The notes beneath the pieces are model-generated. The model did not search any database. It saw only the letters and a list, made by a program, of their open reading frames with translations, and had not been told where the DNA came from. Both the position numbers and the translations under genes were made by a program. DNA of 43,281 nucleotides from a virus (lineage: Duplodnaviria > Caudoviricetes): positions 1-43,281 of IMG/VR virus record IMGVR_UViG_3300049926_000032; one strand, given 5' to 3'. Positions 1 to 8,250 of this stretch are shown piece by piece (position 1 is the first letter of the stretch; every line of letters begins with the position of its first letter).

Positions 1-127
1 CGCTTCTCAACGGCTCTCGGGTCTATGCGAACGGGTTTCCCAGCAACCAACTCCACCAACTGAGCGGCTTCTTGGATGGTGGTTATTCTCTTACGCATGG
101 AAGTTGCCGATGAGCCACAGCAGAATG
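1..127. repeat. 127-bp terminal direct repeat (copy 1); circular-assembly overlap
   Basis: Identical to 43155-43281. Confidence 0.97.
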
Positions 128-240
128 AACAAGATAGCAGCTACTACCTCAATCACCTCACCAACCATCGGGTGCAAATATTTCTTGACGATCAGGCCGA
201 TGAAGAAAGCGACTAGGGCGTAAATCATGTAGGTTGTCAT
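91..240 (-). CDS. Small 2-TM membrane protein (49 aa, MTTYMIYALVAFFIGLIV...)
   Basis: Translated by hand; AAGGA SD and TATAAT upstream; stop overlaps the next ATG. Confidence 0.65.
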   Translation of the reverse strand: MTTYMIYALVAFFIGLIVKKYLHPMVGEVIEVVAAILFILLWLIGNFHA

Positions 241-341
241 AGGTAGTCCTTATATGCACTCATTATAGTTATCCCTGCCATAACAATAATAGCCAGCTCT
301 GGCCTTATTGCAGCGCCCCAGCCAGTGCATCCACGCCCTAA

Positions 342-560
342 TCATTTGAGAGGGTTAAGGTCTGCCATGCTGAACTTATGCTTCTCTGGGGCAGGCGGCG
401 GGGAGTCTTGCGGGTCAGTGTACATAGCCAGCACCGTTCGGAGGGTGGCGTATACATCGATTATGATAGAGCGTTCCAAATCCCCAATCTCCTTGGCATC
501 TCGCACCCGCTTGATCTTATCAGCGGCGGCTTTGATTTCATCATAAGCTTGGGGTTCCAT
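342..560 (-). CDS. Hypothetical protein
   Basis: ORF track; TGA-TATCAT-6nt-ATG leaderless-type promoter. Confidence 0.65.
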   Translation of the reverse strand: MEPQAYDEIKAAADKIKRVRDAKEIGDLERSIIIDVYATLRTVLAMYTDPQDSPPPAPEKHKFSMADLNPLK

Positions 561-586
561 AAACTTATGATATCACTTATGGATAG

Positions 587-904
587 CTAATTCTTCCTGC
601 CTAGGTGAACATCAATTCGAGATTGCAGCGCCCGGTTATTGTGGGTCAGCACGTCCATCTCCATCCACCTACGGCGCACATCTGCTACTTGGCCTCGTGT
701 GCGCCAAATGCCGGGGATCACGACAGCCAACCCGATTAGGCCCATAACCATTCCGAATACGGAGCCACGGGAGACAGCGTGGGCGAAGTTGTAGACGTTA
801 AGAACCCCCAACAGCGGGAAGACTACATACCCGAAGATGTAATTGCGCTGAATCCACCTACGGTAAAACTTGCCAGTCTCGAACTCATCCTTCTTCGGCC
901 TCAT
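587..904 (-). CDS. Hypothetical 2-TM membrane protein
   Basis: Two hydrophobic segments; coupled to the upstream gene. Confidence 0.7.
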   Translation of the reverse strand: MRPKKDEFETGKFYRRWIQRNYIFGYVVFPLLGVLNVYNFAHAVSRGSVFGMVMGLIGLAVVIPGIWRTRGQVADVRRRWMEMDVLTHNNRALQSRIDVHLGRKN

Positions 905-1230
905 AGTCCCATATCTCCTTGTACTAATTTTTCAACTCGCTCAGGGCTAGCTTTGGGGATCGACTGCTGCACTTGCAGGCTTCGAGTGCGCCGCTCCCGC
1001 CCCACCTTCTCAACCGGGGGGAACCTGCCTTGCTCTTGGAGCTTCTGCCGGACACGCCGGATTGTCTCGGAGGAGGGCAGGCCCATGAAAGTAGCCCGCT
1101 GATCTTCGGTGAGGTGCAGCCCCAGCAGGTGCCACACGGCGAGGATGAGGTGCTTGTCGCTGGAGCGGGTGATCGGCTTGACCGTTAAAACCTGCTCAAT
1201 GAGGCTGGTGATTGTGTCAGGCTTTTTCAC
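901..1230 (-). CDS. Hypothetical phage protein (possible winged-helix)
   Basis: ORF track 901..1284; GTG at 1230 with AGGAG SD preferred as start. Confidence 0.6.
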   Translation of the reverse strand: MKKPDTITSLIEQVLTVKPITRSSDKHLILAVWHLLGLHLTEDQRATFMGLPSSETIRRVRQKLQEQGRFPPVEKVGRERRTRSLQVQQSIPKASPERVEKLVQGDMGL

Positions 1231-1537
1231 CAAGCTCCTCCTGAATCTCCTTAACAGCGAGGGCGAACTTCTCCGGGTCTTCAATGTCGGCCCGCTTCAC
1301 CTTCACGGCTAGCCGGGCAAGGTTCTTGGGGAGCTTCGCTGCTTCCTCCGCCATGACGATAATAGGCTTGTCCATCATTATCGCAATACCGAGCTGGAGG
1401 CACTGAAGCGCATCCTGTTTACCGTTGTCGTTGAACATCAGGAAGAATAAATCGCTGTCCCCGATGCCCTTCTTATTGCGTAGGAAGGACTGTCGCAAAT
1501 CCTCTAAATCTTTGTCGCTCATCCCGTATGGGTTCAT
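1217..1537 (-). CDS. Hypothetical protein
   Basis: ORF track; operon coupling. Confidence 0.65.
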   Translation of the reverse strand: MNPYGMSDKDLEDLRQSFLRNKKGIGDSDLFFLMFNDNGKQDALQCLQLGIAIMMDKPIIVMAEEAAKLPKNLARLAVKVKRADIEDPEKFALAVKEIQEELGEKA

Positions 1538-2031
1538 TTTTTCACGCTCCTCCCCTTAACTAATTTAGCGTAGTACTCTTGGCGCTTGTCGGCTTCAATC
1601 AAAGTCGGCTCCTGCCCCAGCTTCACCTCCTGCCACCACATGAGCATCCGCCCGGTGCGCCCGTTACCATCCACGAAGGGATGGATTTTCTCGAAGCGAA
1701 CGTGAGCTTCCCACGGGCCGAGGTAGTCATAGTCCAGTAACCAATTATCCATGAGACTCGGCACCAGTTTATAGCTGGGGGCGTTGTACCCGCCCACCCG
1801 CACGTCCACATTGTTCCCGGCGATACCCCGGATGTAGCCACGCTCATTGGGTCTAAGCTCGGGTTGGTGGAGGGTAATCACCTTCTGCACTTTATGGACT
1901 AGACCGAGCGATAGGTTCGGCGCACCATTTAGGATGAGCCAAGCCACCATGCTCTGCTCATCCTCTTTGGGATCGTCAATGCCCTCGATTAAGTTACTTT
2001 GTCGAATGTGTTCTTCGGTAATATCAGCCAC
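1534..2031 (-). CDS. fic: Fic/Doc family protein
   Basis: Canonical motif HPFVDGNGRTGR. Confidence 0.92.
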   Translation of the reverse strand: MADITEEHIRQSNLIEGIDDPKEDEQSMVAWLILNGAPNLSLGLVHKVQKVITLHQPELRPNERGYIRGIAGNNVDVRVGGYNAPSYKLVPSLMDNWLLDYDYLGPWEAHVRFEKIHPFVDGNGRTGRMLMWWQEVKLGQEPTLIEADKRQEYYAKLVKGRSVKK

Positions 2032-2172
2032 GTCTACTCCTTAATGCTCGGCCAAGGCACCAGCTCACGAGGCCCAAACCTACGTTCCAACAAACTTGTT
2101 TATAACCACGCTCCACCCCTAGCAGCCCAAATCCTATCAGAAAAAGGGTTAGCCAGAGGGCTTCTTCCCGGC

Positions 2173-2355
2173 TCAACGATCCGTCCTAATCACGGCCCAC
2201 ACCATACCCAGCGCCATGCCACTCGCCACTAATTCTACCCAAAGGTAGAGCGGGAGGTTGTGGCGATAATCGTGGGTAATCACCCCGGCGAAAAAGAACG
2301 CCTGAAGGGTCAGGTATAGGATCAGGGCGATAGTAAACTTCACTCGGACACTCAT
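2173..2355 (-). CDS. Small 2-TM membrane protein
   Basis: Hydrophobic helices; ATG at 2355 with GGAGG SD. Confidence 0.6.
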   Translation of the reverse strand: MSVRVKFTIALILYLTLQAFFFAGVITHDYRHNLPLYLWVELVASGMALGMVWAVIRTDR

Positions 2356-2356
2356 T

Positions 2357-2767
2357 TTAGTCGCCTCCTTCAACTTCGTGGTACTCGCCGTCAGCACCAA
2401 TTACCATTTTCTTCTTAGTGGGGGGTTCACCAAGCTGAATGTCAGCTACGAAGACGCACGAGCATGGGTGATCGTTGAAGATACCCATAGCCCGCCCGTC
2501 TGTACCCATGACAATTTCAAGCAGCGTTCCGGCCCGCCCGCACCCGTAGGGGCAGATTGGGAGCATGGGGCGGTCTACACCGTGTATCTTGTCCAGCTCC
2601 CGATAATTTGTACCCCGCCCCCATTTTTGTGCTGGCTCCATCTTGCTCCCCAGCTCGTCATAAGTGAGCTTCTGTAGCTCGGCTACCTTCTGATCCACCG
2701 ACACATCTTTGCCGAAAGCATCATTTGTAGGTAGGTTAGCCACGCTTGATCCCTGTCTTTCCGACAC
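2357..2767 (-). CDS. Hypothetical protein with putative zinc-binding Cys motifs
   Basis: CPYGC and HPCSC. Confidence 0.6.
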   Translation of the reverse strand: MSERQGSSVANLPTNDAFGKDVSVDQKVAELQKLTYDELGSKMEPAQKWGRGTNYRELDKIHGVDRPMLPICPYGCGRAGTLLEIVMGTDGRAMGIFNDHPCSCVFVADIQLGEPPTKKKMVIGADGEYHEVEGGD

Positions 2768-3989
2768 CCCGAATCTTGTCAGCCACCCCTCGGGCTACGC
2801 TCATCCCGCCACCTGCTCCACCTTGAACGGGGGTGCCATAGTAGGGGTTGTGAGCATCGAGCGCCTTCTTGTAGTCTTGGAGGCTGATAACCTCTTTCTC
2901 TAGCGAGTCCCAGAGAACTTCGTCAGTAATCTCCTTCAAGCCCGTGGCGGCAGCTTTACGAGCGGCCTTGAGTACCACGTTCTTGATGTGACCACCAGCA
3001 ATCTCAATCTTCGCCAAATCGTCCCAGCGGATATCCTTCGCTAGCGGGCATCGTTCGGGGAACATGCGCTTCCAGATGAGTACCCGGTGCTTGGCATCCG
3101 GCATATCGAACTCCAGCTTGAGGCTGAGGCGGCGGTCAAAGGCCGCATCGAGCGCACCAAGGCGGTTTGTTGTGAAAATCACGATCCCGGTAAATCGCTC
3201 CAGTTCGGTTAGGAGGGCGTTGATCTGGGCGGCCAAAATCATACCCACCCGGCCACGGTCAGTGATGAGGGAGTCACATTCGTCAAAGAGGAGAACCGAG
3301 TTTTCCTTCTGCGCCTCGGCAAAGTACTTCTTCAGGTTACGCTCCGCTCCACCCGGTTCGGGGGTTTCAATCTCGGCGGTGGAGATAACTTGCAACTTGC
3401 GCTTGTACTTGTCGGCAATGGCTTGGGCCATCAGAGTCTTACCCGTTCCGGGCAAGCCGTAGAATAGGAGGCTGATAGCGGTACCCTTCTCGAAGACCTC
3501 GCTGAAGCCCCACTCCTCGAAGATGAGGTTGTGGTGGTCTACCTGTGAAATGGCTTCAACGATCTGCTCTTTCTTGTGTTCAGCGAGAATCACCGTGTCG
3601 AACGACACCTTCCCGTCACCCTTGGCGTGGTGAACGAGGTCGAAGTGTTGTTCGTGGATTTTGAACTCAGCCCCGCCATTCTCGGGATCGGTGACTCGAA
3701 GAACGCCTTCGGGTAGTAGCTCCAGCACCTTCCATTTTGTCCCGGTGGTAGTTGAGCCGTATTGAACATCCGCCTCCGGGCCACCGATCACAACGTCTCC
3801 AACTTTGAACTTTCGCTTGGGTGGTTTAGTAGCTGGCATCGGAGAGGCTATACTTACCATTTGACCGTAGCGATTCACTGAAGGCGCTTGAAGCTGGGCC
3901 AAACCCTGCTGCTGAGCTAACTGCTGCATCTGCTGCATTTTGAGCATCTGATCCATGATGCTTTTTGATTGGTTTGGGTCTAGCGCCAC
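2736..3989 (-). CDS. Classic-clade AAA+ ATPase with Gln-rich N-terminus and small beta-barrel-like domain
   Basis: Walker A GLPGTGKT, Walker B LLFDECD, second region of homology TTNRLGALDAAFDRR. Confidence 0.92.
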   Translation of the reverse strand: MALDPNQSKSIMDQMLKMQQMQQLAQQQGLAQLQAPSVNRYGQMVSIASPMPATKPPKRKFKVGDVVIGGPEADVQYGSTTTGTKWKVLELLPEGVLRVTDPENGGAEFKIHEQHFDLVHHAKGDGKVSFDTVILAEHKKEQIVEAISQVDHHNLIFEEWGFSEVFEKGTAISLLFYGLPGTGKTLMAQAIADKYKRKLQVISTAEIETPEPGGAERNLKKYFAEAQKENSVLLFDECDSLITDRGRVGMILAAQINALLTELERFTGIVIFTTNRLGALDAAFDRRLSLKLEFDMPDAKHRVLIWKRMFPERCPLAKDIRWDDLAKIEIAGGHIKNVVLKAARKAAATGLKEITDEVLWDSLEKEVISLQDYKKALDAHNPYYGTPVQGGAGGGMSVARGVADKIRGVGKTGIKRG

Positions 3990-3992
3990 GGC

Positions 3993-4256
3993 TTAGTCCT
4001 CCCAAGGTTCTTTGTGGTTCTTGAGGTCTTTTACTTCCCTGAGCATGTCTTTGGCGTGAGCATCGTGGTTATCAATAACCCGGCCTACCTCGCCTAGCAG
4101 TTTGCTCTTAATGAGGGAGTCATTGGCTCCATCAACAACCTTGGCGGCGGCCACCCGGTCAGCAGGAGAAGCTTTGGGGTCTTCTACGAGCTTAACCATG
4201 GCTTCCATCATCCGCTCCATCAGGGCGGCGTACTTTTCTTCAGTTCCTTCGATCAT
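3993..4256 (-). CDS. Hypothetical protein
   Basis: ORF track; operon coupling. Confidence 0.65.
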   Translation of the reverse strand: MIEGTEEKYAALMERMMEAMVKLVEDPKASPADRVAAAKVVDGANDSLIKSKLLGEVGRVIDNHDAHAKDMLREVKDLKNHKEPWED

Positions 4257-4441
4257 TACTTTTCCTCGGTCTTAATTAGTTTAGGGGGCTGGGCTTCGAG
4301 CTTGAGACGTTGAGCTTCATATTCTCGATCAATTATCACCTTTAACTGCTGGGGCGAGGTGCGCCCCTCGAAGCCAGAGAGTTCAGCTAGCTTGCGCTTG
4401 GTGTCCCTGAAAATACGTTGTTGGGTGGTGTCTGACGGCAT
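4256..4441 (-). CDS. Putative ribbon-helix-helix (Arc-like) DNA-binding protein
   Basis: beta-alpha-alpha pattern TTQQRIF-RDTKRKLAELS-SPQQLKVII. Confidence 0.5.
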   Translation of the reverse strand: MPSDTTQQRIFRDTKRKLAELSGFEGRTSPQQLKVIIDREYEAQRLKLEAQPPKLIKTEEK

Positions 4442-4450
4442 GTAGTACCT

Positions 4451-5260
4451 CTATTTAAGGTTGATAAACGGGGTGCCGCCAGAAGTTACTTGCGGCAAAA
4501 CACCATTCCATTTATCGATGCTCATCTTCTGGAGCAATTCGGGAGTTAAGCTGGCCTGAACGATAGACTGAGCTTCGGCTTGGCCTTTGGCCTCAGCAAC
4601 TTTGGCGGCGGCTTCATTGGTGGCCTTCTCTGCCAAGTACTTAGCCTGCTGCGCTTGCTGCTCGGCAACCTGCTTTTGCTCAATGGCCGTGGTGAACGCT
4701 TTGCTGAACTCTAGGTTCACGAACGAGATATCTTCAACGATAATCCCACGGGTGGCAAGACGGTTACGGAGGCTCAGGAGGGCAGCGTTTTTCACATCTT
4801 GGCGCTTGGTAATCAAGTCGGCAATAGCGTAGTTGGCTGTGGTGGCCTTAACGGATTCTTGAATGGCCGGATCGATAAGACGGGTCTTATAGTCGGTACC
4901 CACGGTGCGGTACAGCTCACCCACTTTATCGGGATTGATGTGGTAGTTCGTAACCAGCGTGGCCTTCACGTCCTGCAAGTCACTACTAGCAGCGGCGGCT
5001 TCGGCCTGATCCTTCTGGGTACGAATGTCGAACTTATAAAGTTGCTGGAAGGGCCATGGAGCTTTTAGCACTACTCCGCTTTGGACTTCAGAGGTGACGT
5101 GACCGAAGCTGGTAATGATACCGACTTGGCCCACCCCTACGGTGCGAAAGCATAGTATGAAAAACAACAGAACGGCGCTGATTACGCCTCCGAGCCAGAG
5201 CAACCCCTTGGGGATGGTGGGGATTTGGGGCATGGCAGAATACGGGTTATTGGGTTGCAC
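4451..5260 (-). CDS. SPFH/prohibitin (band 7) family membrane protein
   Basis: N-terminal TM; FSKAFTTAIEQKQVAEQ; C-terminal IDKWNGVLP. Confidence 0.92.
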   Translation of the reverse strand: MQPNNPYSAMPQIPTIPKGLLWLGGVISAVLLFFILCFRTVGVGQVGIITSFGHVTSEVQSGVVLKAPWPFQQLYKFDIRTQKDQAEAAAASSDLQDVKATLVTNYHINPDKVGELYRTVGTDYKTRLIDPAIQESVKATTANYAIADLITKRQDVKNAALLSLRNRLATRGIIVEDISFVNLEFSKAFTTAIEQKQVAEQQAQQAKYLAEKATNEAAAKVAEAKGQAEAQSIVQASLTPELLQKMSIDKWNGVLPQVTSGGTPFINLK

Positions 5261-5481
5261 TAAAGATCACTCCCTAAAGTTTGGTTGACGATGTTCTTGG
5301 CGAAGTCGTTGGCTTTGCGCCACTCGGGGTTATGTACGGAGGCTGCTATCTCCCCCGCTTCAGCTATCCATTGATCGGCTTGGGCCTCTGTGGGGAACTC
5401 CGTTTCCATCTTCTGAAACTGACGGGGCCAGCGCTGAATGACTACCCAGCGACTCCCAACCTGATGCTTAGTTATTTCCAT
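5260..5481 (-). CDS. Hypothetical protein, first gene of leftward operon
   Basis: ORF track. Confidence 0.6.
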   Translation of the reverse strand: MEITKHQVGSRWVVIQRWPRQFQKMETEFPTEAQADQWIAEAGEIAASVHNPEWRKANDFAKNIVNQTLGSDL

Positions 5482-5507
5482 ATATCTACCCTTGTTTATG
5501 AATCTAA

Positions 5508-5558
5508 TGTTACCAGAATGTTATCAAAACACAACCCTTTTGTTATCAAAATGTTATT
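5508..5558. promoter_or_regulatory. Four phased TGTTA(C/T)Y direct repeats over a leftward promoter; putative operator
   Basis: Repeats start at 5508, 5519, 5541 and 5552 (11/22/11 spacing). Confidence 0.55.
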
Positions 5559-5573
5559 GTGCGACATAGGCCA

Positions 5574-5960
5574 TTAACGGCGATAATTGAGTATGAGGGC
5601 GTTCCAAAACCAGCGCCGCACCTCCCGCTTTACTCGCCGGGGTTCGTTCTTCAAAGCAGGGTAGCGATAGTGACGTATGCTCCACCCCTTATCCTTAAGC
5701 GCCTCATCCCGCATCTGCTCTTTTACGATATCCATGTGGTAGCGTTCGCCGTCAGCTTCGAGGGCTAGTTTCAACCGGGGGTGGGCGAGGTCGATCACTA
5801 CCCACCCATTCTCACCTAGCACCTTGTACTCCCGCTTCCAGCCAGTTAGGAGGAACCAATAGCGACCCACAATACCAATGAGCATGTAGGCGGCATGATC
5901 GTAGCGAGACGGCCAGAGGAGCCTTTGGTAGCGCTGATATTCGTATCTGAATCCCGCCAT
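5574..5960 (-). CDS. DUF559/Vsr-like PD-(D/E)xK endonuclease
   Basis: IDLAHPRLKLALEADGERYH...RDEALKDKGWSIRHY; ATG at 5960 downstream of a TATAAT. Confidence 0.8.
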   Translation of the reverse strand: MAGFRYEYQRYQRLLWPSRYDHAAYMLIGIVGRYWFLLTGWKREYKVLGENGWVVIDLAHPRLKLALEADGERYHMDIVKEQMRDEALKDKGWSIRHYRYPALKNEPRRVKREVRRWFWNALILNYRR

Positions 5961-6129
5961 AGTGCTTGACCTTCGTAGTATGATTGGATTATACCTTGGC
6001 ACCCGAACGAGGTTGTACCCCGCCTCATATTGCGGTTTAACTCCGCCATCAAAAGCATCCTCAAGCCCACTTCCCCCTCTTTCCAAGAGGTTCCCATAAT
6101 GCGAGGTGGGCTTTTGGTATAGTTGAATC

Positions 6130-6291
6130 ATGGCAAACTTCAAGCGTAAAAAGCGAAAGGGGGCTACTTCATGCGGGCTGTGTCACCCAGAGAAAAGGTG
6201 GGGTGGCAATCGCAAAGAAGCTACACCCCCGAGGTACCGCCGCTTAGGGATCGGTGGCGAGATAAGCGCTACCCTCTCTGGAGCCGAGTAA
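6130..6291 (+). CDS. Small basic CxxC protein (53 aa, MANFKRKKRKGATSCGLCHPEKRW...)
   Basis: Translated by hand; TGG-TATAGT-6nt-ATG leaderless promoter. Confidence 0.65.
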   Translation: MANFKRKKRKGATSCGLCHPEKRWGGNRKEATPPRYRRLGIGGEISATLSGAE

Positions 6292-6384
6292 TAATGTTGG
6301 TCGTTTATGAGCTGATCCAATGCACTCTTTACGACTGGAGAAAATAGGTGTTCAGGCTGTAAACGGTTGAGCTATAATTGCCGT

Positions 6385-6939
6385 ATGAAGGCTTCAGTAA
6401 ACCAACCCCTAGTTGAATTAGTAAATGCAGATGACCTGAAGCTCGACCCCAAGAATCCTCGGACAATCTCGAAGCCGGAGTTTGTGGCGCTCATGCGCTC
6501 CATTGAACAGTTTGGATTCGTAGAGCCAGTGGTGGTCAATAAACGCAACATGGTGGTAGTTGGCGGGCATCAGCGTGTCCGGGCCGCCCGTGAGCTGAAG
6601 ATGGGTCGAATCCCCGTGGCGTGGGTAGACATGGATGAACAACACCAAGCGGCGCTGAATGTGGCCCTCAACAAAATCTCTGGAAGCTTCGACACCAACA
6701 TGCTCAGTGAGCTGATATTGGAGCTGGATGAAGACCTTGCCGGGCTGACGGGCTACTCTCCAGATGAGTTAAATAAGCTCACGGGTGATCCGTTTGATGA
6801 ACCACCCAAAGAGGAAAAGCCCAAAGGGGCCAAGAAGTATTCCACTGACGAACTACGAACGCTAGCCAAGGGTATATACCCGGCTGAGGCGGCCACCATC
6901 CTAGAGTTTTTGGAGGTGGTGGATCGTGCGTCAAACTAA
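6385..6939 (+). CDS. ParB/Srx-like N-terminal domain protein
   Basis: NPRTI...SIEQFGFVEPVVV...VVGGHQRVRAA...LNKISG; TATAAT 6 nt before the ATG. Confidence 0.88.
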   Translation: MKASVNQPLVELVNADDLKLDPKNPRTISKPEFVALMRSIEQFGFVEPVVVNKRNMVVVGGHQRVRAARELKMGRIPVAWVDMDEQHQAALNVALNKISGSFDTNMLSELILELDEDLAGLTGYSPDELNKLTGDPFDEPPKEEKPKGAKKYSTDELRTLAKGIYPAEAATILEFLEVVDRASN

Positions 6940-7141
6940 GCTCAATATTCAGAACCGAATCTTCTTGCAGGGCAAGACGAAATGCCCGGTATGCGGTCAC
7001 AAGTTCAAATACACCCTGCCCCTCGAAGCTATGTTGGTCTGGGAGCATTACTGCTCGGTCTGCTCAGGCAGTATCCCCGGCGACCTGCCGGAGAAGGGCA
7101 AGATGGTTTTTGCCACTATCGAGTATGAAGAATGGGCCTAG
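6926..7141 (+). CDS. Zinc-ribbon protein
   Basis: CPVC...CSVC. Confidence 0.6.
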   Translation: MRQTKLNIQNRIFLQGKTKCPVCGHKFKYTLPLEAMLVWEHYCSVCSGSIPGDLPEKGKMVFATIEYEEWA

Positions 7142-7422
7142 TCAGCGGGCGGGTAATTATAGTCCTACTAATTCTCTTTGTCGGGCTGGGTTGGAGTGTA
7201 GCGAACGGCTATGTGAAATGGGAAACCGATCCATATAAGTGCTACTACGGGAAAGGCTATCAAGCCGTTGTCCCCCGCCAGCGCCTCGTAACGATAGGCA
7301 AGCTGCATTTATACTATCAACCGCTAACTTGGGATTGCTCGGAGGAGCAAAAGTATGATACCCGTGTATACAAAATGCAGGACGGGCAGTTGGTGCCTGT
7401 CCAGACAAACACCACGCCTTGA
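7132..7422 (+). CDS. Membrane-anchored/exported protein
   Basis: N-terminal TM; two Cys. Confidence 0.65.
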   Translation: MGLVSGRVIIVLLILFVGLGWSVANGYVKWETDPYKCYYGKGYQAVVPRQRLVTIGKLHLYYQPLTWDCSEEQKYDTRVYKMQDGQLVPVQTNTTP

Positions 7423-7526
7423 ACTCATTCCAGTCAGCTTCAGCGTAAGCTCGGCGGTGGCAATGAGGGCATGTGAGTCCGTGATTCATAATTAGAGCAT
7501 AAGCGACACTGTGTTATATTTACAAC

Positions 7527-7755
7527 TGTAGGAGTTTGGTGAGTTTTAAGAGGCCGCAACTTGCCTCGCAAAAGTTGTACTACTCACCGTAAAACTAAAG
7601 CGGAAGCCACGCCGTCTAAGTCTCTTACCTCCCATATGCTCCTAGAGCTATGGTCAGCCGGGCGGGGGAGTAGAAGCCCGTGGAAACCTCCCCAACGTGG
7701 AAACAGTGGTACGTCAGCCTTTAGAGAACCGCCCTTGAATGGGCGGGTTCTTTTT
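7527..7755 (+). ncRNA. Candidate structured ncRNA A with two potential pseudoknots
   Basis: TGT-TATATT promoter 7512-7520; several complementary segments; terminator 7725-7755. Confidence 0.5.
7725..7755 (+). terminator. Intrinsic terminator
   Basis: GAACCGCCC/GGGCGGGTTC hairpin followed by T5. Confidence 0.8.
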
Positions 7756-7769
7756 GTTATGGTGGGCTT

Positions 7770-7827
7770 AGTCCTCGTGGCTACAAAAGATTCCGTGGCT
7801 AAGCGCCTCCTAAGCAGAGGCGCTTTT
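7770..7827 (+). ncRNA. Candidate small RNA B with duplicated CGTGGCTA
   Basis: TGT-TATGGT 7755-7763; terminator AAGCGCCTC/GAGGCGCTT-TT 7801-7827. Confidence 0.45.
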
Positions 7828-7861
7828 GTATTTATAGGCTTCTATCTGCTAGAATAAACTT

Positions 7862-7934
7862 GCGTAATCGTAAGATTATGCCCCTGTTTATCCACTCAAC
7901 CCCTCGTTACTCATGGCGGGGGTTTAGTGGTTTT
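7862..7934 (+). ncRNA. Candidate small RNA C (two hairpins)
   Basis: TGC-TAGAAT 7847-7855; CGTAATC-GTAA-GATTATG; long terminal hairpin plus T4. Confidence 0.45.
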
Positions 7935-7973
7935 AGACTAGGAAGAACTAATTAGTTATGCAATACTGAGTAC

Positions 7974-8134
7974 AGATTCCCCACGGAATCGAAAACAAAA
8001 ACTCCAAAACAAAACTCCACACCTACACCGACTCTGCGCTCCGCCCTCCTCACTGGCCGAGCGCTTTGTCGTATGATGGGGGAGTGTAGGTAAGGAATTA
8101 CAAAGCCCGGCTTCCAAAATAGGAGTCGGGCTTT
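7974..8134 (+). ncRNA. Candidate small RNA D with AAAACAAAA(A)CTCC duplication
   Basis: TGC-AATACT 7959-7967; GATTCC/GGAATC and ACCTACAC/GTGTAGGT stems; terminator 8102-8134. Confidence 0.4.
8102..8134. terminator. Bidirectional-type terminator hairpin
   Basis: AAAGCCCGGCTTCC/GGAGTCGGGCTTT. Confidence 0.7.
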
Positions 8135-8250
8135 AAAGTATTCCACTATTGCGCTGTCGAAGGTGTTTGCCCCTTCCCGCTGTAACCGTCTCTAAACGAT
8201 TGACTACACGCATACCTGGGCTTGGTTGGTAACGGCTTCCACCACCGTTA
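8102..8250 (-). ncRNA. Candidate small RNA E, convergent with D
   Basis: Perfect extended -10 TGTTATAAT at 8264-8256; TAACGG/CCGTTA and GAAGG/CCTTC hairpins. Confidence 0.4.

Noticed and set aside
1-127. Biological terminal repeat or att site
   Set aside because: The length equals a standard assembly k-mer, it falls inside coding sequence, and no integrase is present.
5961-6143. N-terminal extension of the DUF559 ORF
   Set aside because: A TATAAT and ATG at 5960 give a better start; the extension overlaps hairpins and a divergent gene.
7676-8020. Mini-CRISPR array from the short repeats
   Set aside because: Repeats are 8-14 nt, in two copies, without spacer-length periodicity; no cas genes.
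8158-8176. c-di-GMP-I riboswitch (GGGCAAAC on the minus strand)
   Set aside because: Only the short motif matches; the P2/P3 GNRA-receptor architecture is not evident.
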